NCBI RefSeq assembly: GCF_001194135.2
Contig: NC_068983.1
Span: forward strand, 98,820,151-98,865,952
From: Octopus bimaculoides
Taxonomy: Eukaryota
Length of the DNA stretch: 45,802 bases
Direction: 5' to 3'
Shown: one piece after another, positions 37,940-45,802 of the stretch
Layout of the letters: the number at the start of each line of letters is the position of its first letter
Numbering within the stretch: the stretch's first letter is position 1
Notes under the pieces: generated by a model
What the model saw: only the letters and a program-made list of their open reading frames with translations
Databases searched by the model: none
Told to the model about the DNA's origin: nothing
Made by a program: the position numbers and the translations under genes

Positions 37940-38711
37940 ATCCTTACTACTATAGGCATAAGGCCTGAAATATTGGAAGTAGTGGGGGAGAGGGAGTTGA
38001 TTACATCAATCCCACTGCTCAACTGACACTTATTTTAGCAACCCCGAAAGGATGAAAGATAAAGTCAACCTCGGCAGAATTTGAACTCAGAACATGAAGA
38101 TGGACGAAATGCCACTAAGCATTTAGCCCAGCGTGTTAATGATTCTGACAGCTCGCAGCGTTAATGATATTAATAATAATAATTATTATTTCTTTATTGC
38201 CCACAAGGGGCTAAACATAGAGGGGACAAACAAGGACAGACAAACGGATTAAGTTGATTACATCGACCCTAGTGCGTAACTGGTACTTATTTAATCAACC
38301 CCGAAAGGATGAAAGGCAAAGTCGACCTTGGCGGAATTTGAACTCAGAACGTAAAATGGTTTCAAATTTTGTCACAAGGGCAGCAATTTTGGGAGAGAGG
38401 ATGAGTCGATTACATCAACCCTGAAAGGATGAAAGGTGAAGTTGACCTTGGCAGAATTTGAACTCAGAATTTAGCAACAGGCGAAATACTGCTAAGCATT
38501 TTGTCCAGGATGCTAGCGATTCTGTCAGCTCGCTGCCTCAACAACAATAATAATGGTTTCAAATTTTGTCACAAGGGCAGCCATTTTGGGGGAGTAGATG
38601 TGTCGATTATATTGGCCCCAGTGTTCAACTGATACTTAATTTATCGAGCGATGAGCAAAATACTGTCAAGCATTTAGCCCAGCATGCTAACGAGTCTGCC
38701 AGCTCGCCACC

Positions 38712-38712
<1 letters not shown>
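37940..38712 (-). mobile_element. Stack of four co-oriented SINE-B copies, mostly joined through (AAT)n-type tracts
   Basis: About 37940-38160, 38188-38352, 38353-38540, 38550-38712; three carry gaaaggatgaaag...gaatttgaactcagaa, the fourth is internally deleted. Confidence 0.82.
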
Positions 38713-38748
<36 letters not shown>

Positions 38749-41700
38749 TAGCAGCAGTAGTAGTAGTGTAGTAGTAAAGAGAAATGTACTGGGCTCCAGT
38801 TTGGTTTGGTTTGGTTTCTATGGCTGGATACCCTTCCTAATGCCAACTACTTTAAGAATGAGTGTAGGGGGTGCCTTTTATGTGTCAACAGCATTGGCCA
38901 CTTCACTTAGCTTGATGTGTCTTCTCAAGCACAGCAAAGCGCCACTCATTGCCTCCTTGAGACCCAACCTCCAAAGATCATGCTTCACCACCTCGCCCTG
39001 TGTCTTCCTGGGTCTACTTCTTTCTCTGGTTCCCTCCATGTCTTTGTATCTGTCTCCTACCACAACTTGACAACTGGTGCTGGTGTGTTTATGTCCCTGT
39101 AACTTAGCAGTTCAACAAAAGTGACCGACAGAATAAGCACCAGGCTTTAAAAAATAAGTAGTGGGGTCGATACGTTTCACTAAAATTCTTGAAGGTGGTG
39201 CCCCAGCATGGCCACAATTTAATGACTGAAACAAGTAAAAGACAAAACACAAAATAAATAGTTTAGTGGTAAGGTACAATATAGTAGCGAGTTGTTTAGC
39301 ACCAGGTCAAACCAAGTCAGTAAGGACTATGAGCAAAGGCATTCCAATCATGGCCATCCTGTCATTTCCAGAAATATCTAGGACTACATCATTTGTATCC
39401 TTTAAGACAGTAGAGAAATATTTGGCTGCTATTTCTAGCAGGATGAGTAACCATGCAGAGGATATCTTGGTGATGCTGTTGCACATAGTATTAATATGAG
39501 ACTGGTAGGTACTATAGGTGTGGAATACAGTGGTACTGCCCATCATGAGGGCATGAATGGGCAAAGCTTGGACAGTGGCCTGATGCCAGCGTGTGGTAGT
39601 GGTGGAGACAGTAGTAGTACTTAGTGGTGGTCACGGTGGTGAATTGCAGTCATAATTCATAAAAGATAAGCAACAGATGCTGAGATGAAGAGTTGATGGT
39701 GGTGGGGAACATGATACTTGTGTATTAAAGACAATGATAGCGGTAAACACCTTCCCCACCCACCACCACCACCACCACCACCACAACCACCTCTGTAAAT
39801 AAGAAGACAGATCAAGTTTATTAAGACAAAATGGTTGTTGATGATGATGATGACAATGGCAGCAATAACGATGGTGATAATGATGAAAGGTAAGCATTGT
39901 CCAAGATTGCTAATAAGCTAATCAGCTTAACATCTTCAACAGCACAATCCTGCTTATTTTTGCAGATTAACATAGATTTAAAGTGGGGGAAAGTATTTAA
40001 ATCTTTATTAATCCCACCAGCCTCCTACCAGCCCTCCTTTATACTCTTCATTATGAGAAGAGGAGTGTATCACTAGCAGGTTACACACACACACACACAC
40101 ACACGATGAACTCCTGTCGAAGACAACAAATGAGTGTTGTGTTCAGTTTTTGCCAAATGACCAGCACAAATTATTTGTTTATAGTGATCAAATGTTCATG
40201 CCATACATTAGCTCACTCTCTCCATCAAACTGACGTTGCCCGAAACACGTGCACAGTGTGCCACACATCAAGTGTCAAAGTGATCACAGAGCAACATGAG
40301 ATGAAATGTTTTGCTTAAGAACACAACGCACCCTGAGTGCAACACCCTAACCACTGAGCCATGCACCCTCACACACACACGCACGCACACACACACACAC
40401 ATAATGGATTGGGCAGTTGGACAGGAGCTGGCAAGCCAGAGCACTGCACCAGGCTCTACCTGTTTGCTCTGGCATGTTTTCCAAGGCTGGGTGCCCTTCT
40501 TAGTGCCAACCACTTTACAAAGTGTACTGGTGCTTTTTATATGGCACCATCATCAGTGAAGTTACCAAGTAACTTGCAAGAAAAGCCTCAGCTGAGGAAT
40601 GGGGAGGACAACATATAAAAGCACAAACAAAAAGAAGCTACTTAAGCAAGACTTTTACACAGACATACATAAATACTCATGTGTGTGCACATGTGTAATT
40701 GAAATAAAATATACAATGAATGTGTGATCACACACATGATACAGTTAGGTATGTATATGAATGCATGTACTTTATTTTCCAAAAATTAGAATCAGTTGAT
40801 TTCATTGGAGTTATCTACCTTGCTTGTTGTTTTTAGATTCTAAATATCAGCAGAAAGAGCTTTTGTTTTCTGTGAGATTAATCTCAGTTAATTGATGTTT
40901 TTCAGCTCACTATTGCGTGTGCATGTGTGTGTGTGCAATGATTTGTGGGGAAATTTAGCTGTTGTATACATACACATATGTGGTGATGGGTTTCTGTGAT
41001 TTGATGTGGATTCAGTTGTTTGATCAACTGGATTACCTTCTGGATTAATGTGTAAGTGTTTCAGCATTCCACAGACATATGTACTCTCAATCCTTTAGCA
41101 CTGAAAATGGCCACATCCAGCTCAAATATTTTACCTTTCTTACGTTCAAACCAGCCAAATCTGGCCTTTCACACCTGTCCTAAAATGTAATTCTAACAAA
41201 ATAAACAATTACGTGATTGAAATCTCAATGCTACAAGATAATGCATGACTAATTCAAAACAATGTGATTAAATATGCCCTAAATTTGCCAGAGATATATG
41301 GATGCTAAAAGGATTAACATAATTGTCATATAGAATTAGCACAACACAGTGTGACAAGACTACACATTCATATGTACTGGTACAATCCACCCAACAGTCT
41401 ACTATAAAGTTTCTGCCTACCCAGTTTCACTCACAAATTCGGTATCAACCCAAGTCTATAGAAAATAACATCTGTTCAAGAAGCCACACAATGGGATCAA
41501 ATCTGGAGAACCATGTTTGCAAAATGAACCTATTAATCATATGGCTTGATTGAAACAAGTAAAAAATAAAAGGAGCTACTTATTTTTATTGTACACACTC
41601 TTCCATTGGTGAGGCTTCATTTTTTAATATTATGCTTTTTCAGCTACAAGTTTTGCTTGTCCGATTTCATGTATTTATCTCTTCCTGCTATATTTATGTG

Positions 41701-41799
41701 AATTTCATCTACTTATATTGTAATGCCTATGCAGAACTAACTGATTATACTTTGTGGATTTATCAAATCAACAACAAAGGTGTATTTGTGTGTGTATCT

Positions 41800-42785
41800 T
41801 TCATCTTTTACTTGTTCCAGTCATCAGACTGTGGTCATGCTGGGGCATTGCCTTGAAGAATTTTAGTTAAACTTAATTGACCCCAGGCTGGTACTTAATT
41901 GACTGCTCTCTTTTACTGAACACAGATGTAAACACACCAACACCAGCTGTCAAGCAGTGGTGAGGGACAAACACAGATACAAAGACACACACACATATAT
42001 ATATATACAATGGGTTCCTATCAGTTTCCACCAACCAAAACCACTCACATGGCTTTGGTCAGCCCAAAGCTATAGTAGAAGACACTTGCCCAAGGTGCCA
42101 TGCAACAGGACTGAACACAGCAAACTTCTAATCACACAGCCNNNNNNNNNNGACTGAACACAGCAAACTTCTAATCACACAGCCACACCTATACACATTT
42201 ACATACATACAAGCATACATAAATGTGTAAGAACAACACAAATCATCTGAAATCAAATGAACTACACAAGCAGACGTAACTTCTGAATTCACCCTCATCA
42301 AACAATAGGATTTTATTCTGAGCACCAAAAGTGAAACTGATGTCCTAAATTTTATTTGTAGCAGTCATTTAACAGTGGCCATTCTGGAGCATCTGCCTTG
42401 AAGAGTTTTAGTTGAACAAATTGATCCAAGGACTTACTTTTTCTGCCTAGTACTTATTCTATTGGCCAAACCAATAAGTTACAGAGACACAAACACATCA
42501 ACACCAGCTGCCAAGTGGTGATGGGGAAACAGACGCAGACACAAATGCATAAATATAGACACAAATAAAAAAAGAAAGACAGACAGACAGTTAGATAGAT
42601 AGATAGATAGATAGATGGATAGATAGATATGGCAAACTTCTTTCAGTTTCCGTCTACCAAATCCACTCACAAGGCTTTGGTCAGCCTGAGGCTATAGCAG
42701 AAGTCACTTATCCAAGGTGCCACACAACAGGACTGAAACCAGAACCATGTGGCTGAGAAGCAAACTTCTTATCACACAGCCACAC
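41800..42785 (-). mobile_element. Two SINE-A copies (41800-42185, 42350-42785), the second with internal (GACA)/(GATA)n
   Basis: Diagnostic motifs. Confidence 0.8.
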
Positions 42786-43525
42786 CTGTGCCTAAATCTT
42801 AGTGTATTTAGATTCTTTTTTTCTTTTAATGTCTTACCATTTATTCAAGTTTACCCACCCAGATATTATTTTTAATATATAAATCACCATACATAAATAT
42901 ATTTACATTATCCAGCAATGGATCTGACTGGCTCTGATTTTTCTCTTTCAATCACTTTTCTAAGACGATATTGAGAATGTACAAAAACGAAAAAAAAGTA
43001 CATAGAACACAAGAACATATAGATATGCGGGTGCATAGCCTAATGGTTAGGGTGTTGCACTCTTGATTACAAGATCATGGGTTCAATTTGTGGGTTGGGC
43101 AAAACACTTTATCTTGTGTTGCTCTGCAATCACTTTGATATCTGACATGTTGCACACCTTGAACCTGTACAAACCCATGTCAATTTGATGGAGGGAGTGA
43201 GCTAATGTGCAGCATAGAAATTGCAGAAACATCTTTCTTAGACTGGAAAGAATACCATTATTATTATAGGGTATACATAATATCTTTCTGTATTAAGAGT
43301 ATAGTGAAGGGATATAAGTAAAACATCTCTGTGGGATAGCACTTTTTTCTAATAAAGTTATACTTAGGCACAGATTTGATTGTGTGCTCAGAATCTACAT
43401 GGTTCTAGTGGTTTCTGGATCAGTCCCACTGCATGGCATCTTGGGCAAGTGCCATTAACTACTATAGCACCAGGCTGACCAAAGTCTTGTGAGTGAATTT
43501 CATAGAGGAAAACTGAAAGAGGGCC

Positions 43526-43568
<43 letters not shown>

Positions 43569-44043
43569 CTGTTTACCTGTGATAGTCATAAACAAGTATC
43601 ACCACCATGCAAGTGGTGTCCTTTGTTTCTAATTTCCTGTGAAACATGTCTGGTCATGAAGAAAAAGGTGTGGGTGGGTGACAAGAAGGTTATCTGGCCA
43701 TAGAAAATCAGCCTCAACAAATTTCATCCAATCAACACAAGCATGGAAATAAGGACGATAAAAGCAACGACGATGAAAATGACAATGATGATACATATCC
43801 AACAATGACAACAAAATCAAAAGCAAGTATTGGGAGCATATACACATGTAATGTTAGCTTTCAAATGATTTCATTTGGTACAACAGACTTTTAGGAAGAA
43901 ATAGGCCGGATGTCAACTGTTAACATTCAAGAAGTACAGCTGGGTTACTTTGGCCTCAACCTAAGGGAAAAGCTAAATTTCAGCATCCAGGCAAAAACTG
44001 GATATCACAGCCTGTGTATATTTGTGTGCATATGTATATGCAT

Positions 44044-44425
44044 GGAAGCGCAATGGCCCAGTGGTTAGGGCAGCGGACTCGTGGTCATAGGATCGCGGTT
44101 TCGATTCCCAGACCGGGCGCTGTGAGTGTTTATTGAGTGAAAACACCTAAAGCTCCACGAGGCTCCGGCAGGGGATGGTGGCGAACCCTACTGTACTCTT
44201 CCACCACAACTTTCTCTCACTCTTACTTCCTGTTTCTGTTGTGCCTGTAATTCAAAGGGTCAGCCTTGTCACACTGTGTCACGCTGAATATCCCCGAGAA
44301 CTACGTTAAGGGTACACGTGTCTGTGGAGTGCTCAGCCACTTGCACGTTAATTTCACGAGCAGGCCTTTTCGTTGATCGGATCAACTGGAACCCTCGACG
44401 TCGTAAGCGATGGAGTGCCAACAAC
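44044..44425 (+). mobile_element. Young full-length tRNA-derived SINE (SINE-C) with 12-bp TSD atgtatatgcat
   Basis: TSD 44032-44043 and 44426-44437; A-box TGGCCCAGTGG, B-box GGTTTCGATTCC; CpG-rich LINE-like 3' tail ending ccaacaac. Confidence 0.88.
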
Positions 44426-45101
44426 ATGTATATGCATAAGTGTGTGTACATGCATCTATGTGTTTATCACTCTTTGTACTTTGTCTTTTACGTGAGACTA
44501 CTTGATAATTGGTGCTCATTTACATCCTAATAGATTAGTAGTTTGGAAAAAAACAAAATAGAGGCCTCTACAATATGTATCAGACTGGGGTCAGTTTGAC
44601 TGATTAAACATTTCAAGATCATGTCCCAACATGGTTGCAGTCTAATGACTGAAATCAGTAAAACAGCAAAAATAAAGTAATATAAAAATACACAAACACA
44701 CATGTCCAGAGCTTTGATTTTAGTGAGCAGATAATTTTTAATTTGCTTTAAAATATGAGTTTGGGACCTACTAGTGCTGATAACAATACATGTCACATAA
44801 CATTATCTTTGATTATAATAATTCTGTTTCCAATGTGTCTGTTTGTGTAAGTATGTATATATAAATGCACTGACACATACACAAGTGCATTTACATATAT
44901 ATATAAATGCACACATACACACAATATAGTATATATATGTATGTTGGTGGCTGGCAGCTGACATAAATACCATTGTCTAACACATATATACACATTTTAT
45001 GTGAAAGACCCACCCTCAATACAGAAAGATACTCTCAATAAGAATTCTGAAATGCATACACTATCAATGTGAGTGTGTATACAGTGTTACACACATAACA
45101 A

Positions 45102-45184
<83 letters not shown>

Positions 45185-45185
45185 T

Positions 45186-45435
45186 AGTAATTCCTCAACT
45201 ATCGCAGGTGTTATGTTCCAAAACTGCCCCGCGATAGGTGAAAACGTGTGAAGTAGAAACAGTACTGTGCTGTATATTTTCTTTTTATTATTTTTATAAT
45301 TTGTATATATTTATTTTACTATAAATGCAAAAACAACACCATGAAGGAAATGACATAAGCTTAAATAATAAACCGTGATAAGTGAACTACGATATGGTGA
45401 TGGATTACTGTATATATAAAACTGAAGTGAACTTG

Positions 45436-45467
<32 letters not shown>

Positions 45468-45802
45468 AAAATCTGAAATGTACTTGCATAGCAAATATAT
45501 ATATATATATATGGGAGAATATACAAAAAATAACAACAGACGAGGACAGGTGGTGTAAATAACAAAAGTATATATTAGTATGACGCTATACATACACACA
45601 TTAATGTTTATTTTTATGTTCATTTATAATAAAAATAATTTTACATTAATCTGATGGGTTACTCTGTACTTTTGCAGAACACAAGTTTATTATTCTCAAA
45701 CAAGTAGCTGATCTGGGCAAAACTTCAAAGTCACTCTCAACAAAATTCTTGTTTAATATACACTCACACACATGGTGTGTGTACATATATATTTGTATGT
45801 GT
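45186..45802 (+). mobile_element. pogo/Tigger-like DNA element fragment, interrupted by microsatellites and a Penelope-like terminal piece (45513-45587)
   Basis: tagtaattcctcaactatcgcaggtgttatgttccaaaactgccccgcgataggtgaaaa resembles Tigger-type TIR regions. Confidence 0.5.

Noticed and set aside
40229-40252. Third hammerhead-like string ctgacgttgcccgaaacacgt
   Set aside because: Core lacks GA at positions 8-9 and stem II cannot form; at most a heavily decayed relic.
42110-42184. 33-bp direct repeat on both sides of a 10-N gap
   Set aside because: Typical unmerged contig overlap; assembly artefact.
44044-44120. tRNA gene
   Set aside because: The tRNA-like part is the head of a TSD-flanked SINE; no complete acceptor stem.

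Overview
Eukaryotic, AT-rich, microsatellite- and repeat-dense DNA with five N-gaps. The repeat families look like those of an octopus genome (inference from recall, not from a search). The only host gene I can support is a WAPL (wings apart-like, cohesin-release factor) homologue on the minus strand, seen as two in-frame exons (13940-14173, then 12053-12189). These encode ...KVSKEHKE|[45 protein letters not shown](S), the start of the WAPL domain. I found no other confident exon, so the rest is long intron (and possibly upstream DNA). It is filled with at least four tRNA-derived SINE families, piggyBac-type and Tc1/mariner/pogo-type MITEs, decayed RTE and R4/Dong LINE pieces, a mariner transposase remnant and Penelope-like terminal fragments. 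Almost all ORFs in the supplied track are microsatellite, repeat or gap artefacts. Most interesting signals: (1) a 77-bp-stem fold-back insertion with a 14-bp target-site duplication; (2) two minimal hammerhead-ribozyme-like motifs with the same geometry, both in pre-mRNA sense; (3) an inverted SINE pair bracketing the WAPL-domain exon; (4) one-sided orientation of the commonest SINE over the first 25 kb; (5) an alternating inverted-repeat core inside a 33-bp minisatellite. No new multi-gene system is evident. Family labels SINE-A to SINE-D are mine. Repeat boundaries are read by eye (about +/-20 bp); exon, TSD and hairpin coordinates were counted exactly.
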